From NCBI GenBank assembly GCA_963692865.2, contig CAXXHI010000007.1:1-28695 (forward strand): a stretch of 28,695 nt of DNA. The letters are read 5' to 3'. Made by a program: the position numbers and the translations under genes. Of this stretch, positions 1-11,121 are shown one piece after another. How positions within the stretch are numbered: the stretch's first letter is position 1; each line of letters starts with the position of its first letter. The notes below the pieces were generated by a model that was given only the letters and a program-made list of their open reading frames with translations, made no database searches and had not been told where the DNA came from. The stretch is from a bacterium (GTDB lineage: Bacteria > UBA8248).

Positions 1-250
1 GTAACAATAATTAGCGGCGGGCAGATTTTGCGCGAGGCGCTTGAAACATGCGCAGCTTCCGGAGGCCGAAAAAGGCGTGAACGCGCCGCTACCGCCCCCG
101 ACCATGAACCGGCAAGTCCGCAGTATTTCGGATTGCTTGAAAACAACCGTTTTGTGAAGGCCCGTATATCAAGAGGAAAGGAGGTTCATCGGAGAAAGCC
201 GGAAATTCACGGAAAATCCCTTTTTCTATGTTTTCAGGAGGATTCACTCA

Positions 251-1906
251 ATGACGTGGAGAAATAAACCAATTCACAAGTTTTACGCTTTCGCGCTGGC
301 GGCGGTCTTCGCCGTGGCGCTGGCGGGTTGCGGCGGCGGCGGCGGGAAAACCGCCGATCCGGACCCGACGCCGCAAGAAGATTGCGTAGCGGGCGGGGGC
401 CGTTGGAACGCGAATGACACCTGCACGTCCGCAGCCGACCTTCTCAAGGAAAAGCAGGCGGCGCAACGCACGGCTATCAGCAACGCCATTACGACGGCGC
501 AAACCGCAGTGGCCGGACTGACTGACGATGCTTCGGATACGGCTATCAATTCCGCCGATAGCGCGGTTGCTGCGGCAAAGAAGGCTATCGCGGACGCCGC
601 CGACATTCCCGCCGAAGAAAAAGCCGCCTTCAATACGGCGGTTTCGACAATCGAAGGCAGTCTCACTACCAAGAAAGCGAGCATCGCGGATGCGCGGGAC
701 GACGCCGACAAAGCAATGAAGGCGGCCATGACGAAGATGGGCAAGGCGATGCACGCGGCGCTGGGGCCGCCCGCCGCCGACAACACAACCGTGCTGGACA
801 ACGCCACAGTTTCCCTGTCGTCGACAGGCCTCACAGTTGATGCCGCTGAAGGCGCGGGAGCACTCACCACAAACCCAGAGTCCGTAACGCTCAAGGCCGG
901 TGATTCCGCCGGTTCGCTGAGTGGTTGGAAGGGTATGGACTATGCCCTCACAACGGGAACCGGCGCCTCGAAAATCACCAACGAAGCGAGGGTGTTTACC
1001 AACAAAAGCGCGGCGAAAACGCAAGAGTTCACCAAGAAATATACGGATTTGACTGCTGGTTACTTGACCACTATTACCGCGTCGCTGGTCGGGGGTTCCA
1101 CCTTCACACATTCGGGAACCCAGAATCACGCCCATAACGCCACTGGTGAGGCGGCGTTCGAAGTAAGAGGCACTTATGACGGCGCGCCGGGGCAGTTTAA
1201 GTGCACGGGAACCTGCACCTCGACGAATGACGGCAAGGGCAGCCCGAGCGCATTGGGTGGAACCTGGAGTTTCAAGCCCGACGTTGGCGCGATGGTATCC
1301 GTTCCCGATGCCCACTACCTGTATTTCGGCTGGTGGGTGAGAAACGACAAGGACGGCGCGCCCACGGCGGCCAGCGCGTTCACGGGTAGATTTGGAACCG
1401 ATCCCGGCGATAGCACTGATAGCCTCGACCCGGCCGGGGATGGAACTGGTATAACCGGCTCGGCGACTTATACCGGCAACGCCGCAGGAATTTTCGCCAT
1501 GAGCAACCCGCTTGACGGCACGGGCGACGGCGGAGACTTCACGGCGGACGCCACGCTGGAGGCCACGTTCGGAAGTGGCGCAACGGCAGGCATGACCGGC
1601 ACGATTGACAATTTCCGGCTGAACGGCGGCTCCGGTGATCCGGGCTGGAGCGTGAAGCTGAATCGCGCTACTTGGGGTAGCAGCGGCGCGATCACCGCCC
1701 CCACTTCCGACCCCACGGTTTGGTCGATCAACGGCAATGAGGCGGATGCGTCCGGCACTTGGTCGGGCCAGATGTATGACGAAAAGCCCGGAACTACGAA
1801 CGGCGGAGACGGGAGCAATATCCCGACCACGGTAACCGGCACGTTCTCCTCCGAATTTAGCACCATAGGCCGCATGGTCGGCGCTTTCGGCGCGGACAAG
1901 CAGTAG
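251..1906 (+). CDS. Surface lipoprotein, transferrin-binding protein B (TbpB)-like, probable Slam-type substrate
   Basis: RBS CAGGAGG upstream; signal peptide with lipobox ALAG-C then poly-Gly linker; Ala-rich helical region; Thr/Gly-rich beta C-terminal domain (YLYFGWW, GSATYTG, FTADATLEATF) ending VGAFGADKQ as in TbpB-like barrels. Confidence 0.75.
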   Translation: MTWRNKPIHKFYAFALAAVFAVALAGCGGGGGKTADPDPTPQEDCVAGGGRWNANDTCTSAADLLKEKQAAQRTAISNAITTAQTAVAGLTDDASDTAINSADSAVAAAKKAIADAADIPAEEKAAFNTAVSTIEGSLTTKKASIADARDDADKAMKAAMTKMGKAMHAALGPPAADNTTVLDNATVSLSSTGLTVDAAEGAGALTTNPESVTLKAGDSAGSLSGWKGMDYALTTGTGASKITNEARVFTNKSAAKTQEFTKKYTDLTAGYLTTITASLVGGSTFTHSGTQNHAHNATGEAAFEVRGTYDGAPGQFKCTGTCTSTNDGKGSPSALGGTWSFKPDVGAMVSVPDAHYLYFGWWVRNDKDGAPTAASAFTGRFGTDPGDSTDSLDPAGDGTGITGSATYTGNAAGIFAMSNPLDGTGDGGDFTADATLEATFGSGATAGMTGTIDNFRLNGGSGDPGWSVKLNRATWGSSGAITAPTSDPTVWSINGNEADASGTWSGQMYDEKPGTTNGGDGSNIPTTVTGTFSSEFSTIGRMVGAFGADKQ

Positions 1907-1969
1907 CAGCGAAAAGCAAGACGCCTCAGGCTACCGGGGCTTTACCGCCCCGGGGGCCGAAGGCGAGTT

Positions 1970-2106
1970 GTGAAGGATAGCGAAAAAGGGGGTTGCCCGT
2001 TGGTTGCTTCCCTCGTGATAAGCAAACTGTACCGCTCCCTGCTTATGAGTTTGAGTCCTCCGAGGAGGGAGCGGGAACAACCGGGCAGCCCCCGTTCGCG
2101 CTTCAT
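1970..2106 (+). other. Long fold-back element, candidate structured RNA
   Basis: Nested complementary arms: 1970-75/2101-06, 1980-84/2095-99, 1988-98/2083-93, 2002-06/2078-82, plus inner alternative pairings. Confidence 0.45.
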
Positions 2107-2440
2107 GCGGACAGGCCGACGCGCCGGACGCGAACAAGGCGGGCGCCGGCTCCGAAAACGGCGAGACCCGGGACCCCCTGACGGACGACCCGGCGGCGAG
2201 GCGGCCGCCGCGGCGGGGCGAAACGCGCCGTTTAAGGACGCGAGGGCGGCGCTCGCCGCCCCGGAAGACGCGGCGAGCGGCGGCGGGAGGCCATGACCCG
2301 CTTCACGCAACCAGGCGGCGCATCGGTTCGGCCCGGACCGGCTTCGCCTCGGGGGTTGCGCCGCGCAATTCCCGCCTTCAGCCGGCCGTCGAGGGGCGCC
2401 CCGGCCCTTTTGCTTCGCAGAACCCCCGACCCCTTCAAGC

Positions 2441-3551
2441 GGTTGTTGAAAACCCCTCCTTGCCCGGATTGACGATCAAAACCGTCGAACCCTCCCCGTA
2501 GGGGCCGCATACCATGCGGCCCTGTTTTTTCGCCGCCCGGCAACGGGCCGCATACTATGCGGCCCCTACAGTCGTCATTCAAAATGGTATTGCAGGCCGG
2601 ACATATATGTCTGGCGTACCATGCGGCCCTGATTTTTTTGCCCTTCCGGCAACGGGCCGCATGATATGCGGCCCCTACAGTCGTGAATCGAGGGGCGCGC
2701 AGGAACCGCGCACGGGGCCGCCGAACCTCCCCCGCCGGTCGGTCAGGACCCCGCCGCAGGTCGGACATATATGTCCGACATATCATGCGGCCCTGTTTTT
2801 TCGCCGCCCGGACGCGGGCCGCATACTATGCGGCCCCTGCAGTCGTCATTCAAAATGGTATTGCAGGCCGGACATATATGTCCGACATACCATGCGACCC
2901 TGATTTTTCGCCGCCCGGACGCGGGCCGCATGGTATGCGGCCCCTGCGGGAAGCAACCCTCGAGGGGCTGTTGGAAAAGTCCCTCGATGCGGGAAAACCA
3001 CCGTCATTCCGGCCTTGAGCCGGAATCCATTTTATGATTTTCGCTTTCGTTTTCGCATTTGATTCCGACTCGCTGGTGGGAGCGCCGCGCCCGGATCCGG
3101 AACGGATGAGGCGGATATATATGGGGCGTCCGTATCTTCCCCGTCCGGGAGCGAGGACGTCCGGTCGAAGGGCCAAAGACAAAGGCGAAAATGGATTCCG
3201 GCTCAAGGCCGGAATGACGATCAAAACCGTCGAACCCTCCCCGCAGGCCGGACATATATGTCCGGCATACCATGCGGCCCTGATTTTTCGCCGCGTCCGG
3301 ACGCGGGCCGCATGATATGCGGCCCCTACAGTCGTCAATCGAGGGGCGCGCAGGAACCGCGCACGGGGCCGCCGAACCTCCCCCGCCGGTCGGTCAGGAC
3401 CCCGCCGCAGGCCGGACATATATGTCCGACATACCATGCGGCCCTGTTTTTTCGCCCTTCCGGCAACGGGCGGCATGATATGCGGCCCCTGCGGTCGTCA
3501 ATCGAGGGGCGCGCAGGAACCGCGCACGGGGCCGGGTTTTTCAACAACCCC
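2441..3551. repeat. Composite array of six REP doublets (REPIN/BIME-like) bounded by IS-like inverted ends
   Basis: Units at 2498-2569, 2592-2678, 2756-2840, 2863-2947, 3243-3329 and 3407-3492, each G(T/C)AG-hairpin ... hairpin-CT(A/G)C; ends GGTTGTTGAAAACCC (2441) and GGGTTTTTCAACAACCCC (3534-3551). Confidence 0.9.
3002..3219. repeat. CGTCATTCCGGC-type palindromic element nested in the array
   Basis: Perfect 32-bp inverted repeats at 3002-3033 and 3188-3219; each arm is itself a hairpin (ATTCCGGC-loop-GCCGGAAT). Confidence 0.9.
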
Positions 3552-3558
3552 TGGAGGG

Positions 3559-3723
3559 TCAGCCCTTCACCGCGCCGGCCGTCATGCCGGCGATGATCTG
3601 CCGCGCCGAGAAGAAGGTGAATATGAGCGGCGGAACCACGATGAGCGTGCCCATCGCCATGATGCGCCCCCACTCGGGGCCCGCGTCCGTGAGGAACAGG
3701 CTGGTGGCGACCGGCGCGCGCAT
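3559..3723 (-). pseudogene. C-terminal remnant of a carbohydrate ABC transporter permease (MalG/UgpE-like)
   Basis: Manual translation MRAPVATSLFLTDAGPEWGRIMAMGTLIVVPPLIFTFFSARQIIAGMTAGAVKG*, ending in the typical G(L/M)TAGAVKG; in-frame stop shortly upstream; below the ORF-track cutoff. Confidence 0.85.
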
Positions 3724-4094
3724 TTCCCCGCAACTGCGATGGCGTCAGAAGGGAAGAGCGCGCGTATGATGGCGGCGCCGGGCGGTTCGTTCGAGGGATG
3801 GGGAATTCCTGAAAAATTGGATAAAATTGTATAAATTCAGGGGGTTTTTCGATGAATAGACGGCAAATTGTTTTGGGGGATACGGCGCCGCGGAATCCGG
3901 GCGCAGGGGGATTGTGGCGCGATCCGCCTCCCGCGCGATGACGGCAAATGCGCGGAATTGCGGGGAATTGCGCCCCCGCCCGGGGCGCGCGCCCGGCGCG
4001 TCGAGAGGGCGTTCTCCCGGTCATGAACGCCGCGAGCGGCTCTCATCCCGCGCGCCGCGCCTGGGGGCGTTACGCCGTAAGGAATTGATATCGC

Positions 4095-4871
<777 letters not shown>

Positions 4872-5105
4872 TTCGTCGAACTCCTTTCGCGTTGCGTATA
4901 CGGGGTTCTCCATTGCGAGGAGAAGTATGGAAACTCTGATTCGGCGAGAAGATAGCTCATGGGACGGCGTTCGTCATCCGGTGATGCGACGGGAGGGATG
5001 ATTGTAAAGAATTTCAGAAAATTTCCCGCGCCGGATTCTTTCCGTTCTACATGACAGGCGGATAAGTGAAAAAGAATCAGCAAGCTGAGTGAAAAGAATT
5101 CATTG

Positions 5106-5132
5106 TTAGCAGCCGGACGACCTGAGTGCTAA
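5106..5132. promoter_or_regulatory. CIRCE element (HrcA operator)
   Basis: TTAGCAgcC-N9-GAGTGCTAA versus consensus TTAGCACTC-N9-GAGTGCTAA (2 mismatches), upstream of groES. Confidence 0.9.
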
Positions 5133-5138
5133 TGGCGC

Positions 5139-5167
5139 TTGACAAACATTCACATTTTCCATATACA
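5139..5167 (+). promoter_or_regulatory. groESL promoter
   Basis: TTGACA-17 nt-TATACA directly after CIRCE; the overlapping CTTGA...CCATAT also resembles a heat-shock sigma promoter. Confidence 0.75.
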
Positions 5168-5283
5168 GACTCGCGCAGAAACATAGGGCCTCGTCTTCGG
5201 ATAGCGCTTTCCCCCGAAGACGGCCCCGCAGTTCCAAATATTTGTTTCCAATCGCAGCAATTGCAATCCACAAGGAGGAAGTG

Positions 5284-5586
5284 ATGGCAAAGGTCAAAAC
5301 CAGGATACAGCCTCTTCAGGACCGCATTTTGGTGAAACGCCTGGATGCGGAAGAGGAGCAGATCGGCGGGATCATCATCCCTGATTCCGCGAAAGAGAAG
5401 CCCCAGGAAGGGGAAGTGATCGCCGTAGGCCCCGGCAAGGTGACGGATGACGGGAAGAGGCAGGCGCCCGAGGTGGGCGAGGGCGACAAAATTCTTTTCG
5501 CCAAGTATGCGGGCACGGAAGTCAAGTCCGACGGCGAAGAATATCTGATCATGCGCGAAGACGACGTGCTGGCGGTCATCAACTAG
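5284..5586 (+). CDS. groES: Co-chaperonin GroES
   Basis: [41 protein letters not shown]; RBS AAGGAGG. Confidence 0.98.
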   Translation: MAKVKTRIQPLQDRILVKRLDAEEEQIGGIIIPDSAKEKPQEGEVIAVGPGKVTDDGKRQAPEVGEGDKILFAKYAGTEVKSDGEEYLIMREDDVLAVIN

Positions 5587-7257
<1,671 letters not shown>

Positions 7258-7274
7258 GCATTTGCCTGGTGCTC

Positions 7275-7304
7275 AAGGGGGCCTCTCCGAGGCCCCCTTT
7301 TTTT
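7275..7304 (+). terminator. Rho-independent terminator of groESL
   Basis: GGGGGCCTC-TCC-GAGGCCCCC followed by a T run. Confidence 0.9.
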
Positions 7305-7446
7305 GTGAAGATTCTCAAATGGATGTCTTGAAGAGGAGCAACTCGTCTCATAAGATGAAGCGTGGGGAGTGTTCGACGACTCGTTCCGACGATTCGCCTT
7401 CCGGCGCGTATTCAGCCGGTGGCGGAGATCGAATGGAGGGGAGCAT

Positions 7447-8706
7447 ATGAGGAAAAATGAGTCGAAAAGGCTCCCTCTCATCCTCTTCCTGATATCGTTA
7501 TCGCTGCACCTGTTCGTCTTCGCGGCTTCGAGCCATGAATACGTTTGGAGAAAATCGGCCCGGACGAATCGACCCATCAAGTTTCAGTTGGTATCCGTCG
7601 AAAAACCCGAGCAAAAACTTCTCCCGAACCCCCGAAGCCGGTTTTTATCCAATGCCAACCGAAAAGAAAGTGGCTCCGGCAAACCCGGCAAGACCCCGCG
7701 CCTAAAGCGCGAATCTAAAGACCAGATTCCATCTCGTAGAGGTAGGCTCGGCCCTGAGATTGCGCCTTTAGCGCCGGTTCCAAAACCGAAGGGCCAAGTT
7801 CCAGCCCTCCCGCCGGCGAGTCCAAAACCCCCGTCAGCCGTAACGCCAAAACCTGAGCTTAGAAAGGCGGAAAAATCGAAGGAAAGGAAATCTCCCGCAA
7901 CTTCGGAGATAACGGAAACGCCCCGGCCGACGGAGACGGCGAGCCTGGCGCCGGCGCCAAAGCCTTCGGTCAGGGCCCCGTCGCCCGCGATTCCCCAAAA
8001 GGCGCAACCGAAGGCAAAGCCGCCGGCGGATAAAAAGCCGGAGAGAGAAGAAATAGAGGCCGAAGCGATTCCGAAGATAAAGCGCAAGCCCAAACCGGTG
8101 GTCAGGAAGAAAACGGAAAAAGTGGTCGTAAAGAAAAAGCCCCGAGAGAAGAACAGGAAAGCCGAGGCGAAGAAAAAGACGAAGGAGAGGGTTGAACTGG
8201 CCGCGTTGAAACCGGTTTCTCGACCCGTCCGACCGCGCCGTCCAGTTCCGAAACAGCCACAACCGAAAGACCCTTTGGCGCTGTTTCGAGTGAAGCCCCG
8301 GCCCGAAAGTAAACCCGAGCGCCCCAACTTCGGGCTCTCGGACGAGGCGGCGGACAGAATCGCGAAAAGAAGTTTGCCGGATGAAGATCTGAAAAAAGAA
8401 GAAGGCGATGCCATTTCGCTCGACACGCGCGATTTTCGGTACGCCTCTTATTTCGCCCATATCAAGAGGCGAATCCAGAACGCCTGGATTTGGCCTGTGG
8501 AGGCGCAGAAAAACAGGGGCGAACTGCTGTTGCGCTTTAAGCTGAGAAAAAACGGAACTTTGGAGGAAGTGCGTCTGATCAGGTCCGCAGGGGTTCGAAT
8601 TCTCGATGATCTGGCGATGGCCGCCGTCACCAAGGCGGCGCCGTTCGAGCCGTTTCCGGCAGGTCTTGAACGCAAGCCGATTACCGCCACTTTCGTGTAT
8701 GAGTGA
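7447..8706 (+). CDS. Energy transducer TonB/TolA-family protein
   Basis: N-terminal TM anchor (LISLSLHLFVF), long Pro/Lys-rich linker, C-terminal domain YFAHIKRRIQNAW...SAGVRILDDLAMAAVTKAAPFEPFP; start chosen from RBS GGAGGGG. Confidence 0.85.
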   Translation: MRKNESKRLPLILFLISLSLHLFVFAASSHEYVWRKSARTNRPIKFQLVSVEKPEQKLLPNPRSRFLSNANRKESGSGKPGKTPRLKRESKDQIPSRRGRLGPEIAPLAPVPKPKGQVPALPPASPKPPSAVTPKPELRKAEKSKERKSPATSEITETPRPTETASLAPAPKPSVRAPSPAIPQKAQPKAKPPADKKPEREEIEAEAIPKIKRKPKPVVRKKTEKVVVKKKPREKNRKAEAKKKTKERVELAALKPVSRPVRPRRPVPKQPQPKDPLALFRVKPRPESKPERPNFGLSDEAADRIAKRSLPDEDLKKEEGDAISLDTRDFRYASYFAHIKRRIQNAWIWPVEAQKNRGELLLRFKLRKNGTLEEVRLIRSAGVRILDDLAMAAVTKAAPFEPFPAGLERKPITATFVYE

Positions 8707-8747
8707 GCCGGGGGCATCGTTTCCGAATTTTGGGGCGATCTGTTTGG

Positions 8748-8776
8748 TTGACACCCGCAAGTGCTGATTTTAGGAT
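8748..8776 (+). promoter_or_regulatory. Sigma70-type promoter of the metal regulator
   Basis: TTGACA-17 nt-TAGGAT. Confidence 0.65.
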
Positions 8777-8816
8777 GATTTTTTCTGCGATTCACTGCGA
8801 ATCAGAGGACTGCCCT

Positions 8817-9488
8817 TTGCCCGAATCATCGCCGCGGTTGAGCAAACAGATCGAAGATTATTTGAAGAACATCTTCAAGCTTCAACAGGAATCGTCTCCC
8901 GTGGCGACGAGCGCGATTGCGGAGTGCATGGAAATCTCGGCGGCGTCGGTGACGAGCATGGTCAAGAAGCTCGATCACCAGGGACTGCTCACATATACGC
9001 CGTATAAGGGGGTCGTCTTAAGCTCAAGGGGAGAGAAGGTCGCCCTGGAGATTATCAGGCACCACCGGTTGCTCGAATTGTATCTCAACCAAAAGATGGG
9101 AATCGAGTGGGACAAGGTGGATGTCGAGGCCGAGGAATTGGAGCACGTCTTGAGCGAGGAGCTGGAAGCCGTTTTGGACAAGGAACTCGGCTACCCCACC
9201 CTGGATCCCCACGGGGATCCGATTCCCGCAAAAGACGGCACCATGGTTGACACGAAGGAAATTGGCCTCCTCTCGCTCGAGGCGGGGCGGGCCACGAAGA
9301 TCACCCGCGTATTGCAGGACGATCCGAACATATTGCGCTACCTGGGCGAGCTTGGCTTTTTCCCCGAAATGCCCATCGAGGTCATCGAGCAATCGCCTCT
9401 CGCCGGCACGGTAACGCTGCTCGTAAACGGAACCAGACATACCTTGGGCCGCGATATCGCCTCTCGAATTTTCGCGCTGAATGAATAA
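8817..9488 (+). CDS. DtxR/MntR-family metal-dependent transcriptional regulator with C-terminal FeoA-like domain
   Basis: EDYLK, SVTSMVKKL, RHHRLLELYL, EAEELEH, DPHGDPIP; TTG start inferred from RBS GAGGA. Confidence 0.93.
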   Translation: MPESSPRLSKQIEDYLKNIFKLQQESSPVATSAIAECMEISAASVTSMVKKLDHQGLLTYTPYKGVVLSSRGEKVALEIIRHHRLLELYLNQKMGIEWDKVDVEAEELEHVLSEELEAVLDKELGYPTLDPHGDPIPAKDGTMVDTKEIGLLSLEAGRATKITRVLQDDPNILRYLGELGFFPEMPIEVIEQSPLAGTVTLLVNGTRHTLGRDIASRIFALNE

Positions 9489-9533
9489 AACCATCATCGC
9501 TGCGTTCTTGACGCAATTTCATTAGGAGAAGAC

Positions 9534-10097
9534 ATGCCCGCCAGGAAAAGGACCACCAGGAAAAAGACCGCCAAACAGGATTTCGACCACCGCTTCCGCG
9601 CCACCTACGACAAGGACGTCGAGTGGCAGGAAGACGTGAGCAACGAACTGCTGACCCTGCCGCCGGGGGTGAAGGTGAAGATTTTCGCCCATGATCCGGT
9701 GATGAAGCGGATCGACATGAAGGTGAAGTTCCCGAAAGGCTACGTGGAGCCTCGTCACACGCACAAGAGCTGGCATTCCATTCTGGTGACCCGGGGCAGG
9801 ATGTGCGTGGCGGGCAAGGATTTGAGGCCGGGCGATTACGTTTTCGGATGGGACTTGCCGCACGGCCCGTATGAATATCCCGACGGCTGCGAGGTTTTCG
9901 TCGTCTTCATGGGCGAGGGCACGCAGCACGTCTGGGAGGAAGAAAAGCACCTCAAGCACAAACTGAAATGGGAGGCGAGGTCGGCCGCGGGCAAAAAAGC
10001 CGTAGCCAAAGGCGACACGGCGAGGAAGGAAGCCTTGGCCGAAAAAAGAGCCACCGCGAGGTCCGCGGCGAAGAGAAAGACGCGCCGCTCGGGATGA
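9534..10097 (+). CDS. Cupin-domain protein (ChrR-like) with basic N- and C-terminal tails
   Basis: EPRHTH...LRPGDYVF...PHGP cupin motifs; RBS AGGAG. Confidence 0.75.
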   Translation: MPARKRTTRKKTAKQDFDHRFRATYDKDVEWQEDVSNELLTLPPGVKVKIFAHDPVMKRIDMKVKFPKGYVEPRHTHKSWHSILVTRGRMCVAGKDLRPGDYVFGWDLPHGPYEYPDGCEVFVVFMGEGTQHVWEEEKHLKHKLKWEARSAAGKKAVAKGDTARKEALAEKRATARSAAKRKTRRSG

Positions 10098-10101
10098 GAC
10101 G

Positions 10102-11121
10102 ATGACGCCGCAGCGAATCGCCGTCATCGGCGCCGGCGCCTGGGGGACGGCGTTGGCGGATTTGTTCTCCGGTACCGGCCACGAGGTGATGCTCTGGGTT
10201 TTCGAGGCCGACCTTTGCGCCCGCATGGCGTCGGATCGCGAGAACGACTTGTATCTGCCCGGCGTCGCCCTGCACGAGAATTTGCGCTTCACCTCCGATC
10301 TGGCCGAAGCCGCCTCGGCGGGCCAGGACGTTCTCGTGAGCGTGATGCCGAGCCATGTCGTCCGGGCGGTGTGGACGAAGCTCGCGCCCTCGGTTCACGA
10401 GGAAACGCTCATCGCGAGCGCCACGAAGGGCGTGGAGGAGAAGACCCTCCTCCTGCCCACCCGGATTATCTCCGAATGCATCGGCGAGGCGGGGGGCGCT
10501 GAGCGCGCCCTCGCCTGCTTCTCGGGACCGACGTTCGCCCGCGAGCTCGCGGAGAGAAAACCCACGGCCATCACGGCGGCGTCGGACGATTCCGGGGCGG
10601 CGAAGGCGATTCAGGAGGCGCTCTCGGCGCCTGGTTTCAGGATATACACGGGCGCCGACCCGGTCGGCGTCCAGCTCGGCGGGGCGCTCAAGAACGTCAT
10701 CGCCCTGGCGGCGGGTATCGCCGACGGCATGGAGCTCGGCTACAACGCGCGGGCGGCGCTCATCGTGCGCGGTCTGGCGGAAATCGCTCGACTCGGCGCC
10801 GCGATGGGCGGCCGGGCGGAGACGTTCGCGGGCCTGGCCGGAATGGGCGATCTGGTGCTGACGTGCACGGGCGACCTGAGCCGGAACAGGACGGTGGGCG
10901 TGCGGTTGGGCAGGGGAGAGCCTCTCCGGAAGATACTCGAATCCATGACGGCGGTGGCCGAGGGCGTATCCACGGCGCCGGCGGCGGTGGGGCTCGCGGA
11001 TGAGCACGGCGTGGAGATGCCCATATGCCGCGAGGTGCACGCCGTGTTGTTCGAGGGACGCAATCCCGAAGACGCCGTGCGCGACCTCATGGCGCGTCCG
11101 CTCAAGGCCGAACTTCCCTAG
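10102..11121 (+). CDS. gpsA: NAD(P)H-dependent glycerol-3-phosphate dehydrogenase
   Basis: GAGAWGTALA, SGPTFA, GGALKNVIA, GLAGMGDLVLTCTGDLSRNR. Confidence 0.97.
   Translation: MTPQRIAVIGAGAWGTALADLFSGTGHEVMLWVFEADLCARMASDRENDLYLPGVALHENLRFTSDLAEAASAGQDVLVSVMPSHVVRAVWTKLAPSVHEETLIASATKGVEEKTLLLPTRIISECIGEAGGAERALACFSGPTFARELAERKPTAITAASDDSGAAKAIQEALSAPGFRIYTGADPVGVQLGGALKNVIALAAGIADGMELGYNARAALIVRGLAEIARLGAAMGGRAETFAGLAGMGDLVLTCTGDLSRNRTVGVRLGRGEPLRKILESMTAVAEGVSTAPAAVGLADEHGVEMPICREVHAVLFEGRNPEDAVRDLMARPLKAELP

Noticed and set aside
2498-3492. CRISPR array
   Set aside because: Linkers are reused rather than unique, lengths are irregular, units are inverted doublets, and no cas genes are present
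2232-3596. Many ORFs across the repeat array
   Set aside because: They are translations of palindromic repeats on both strands, with no RBS or domain signal
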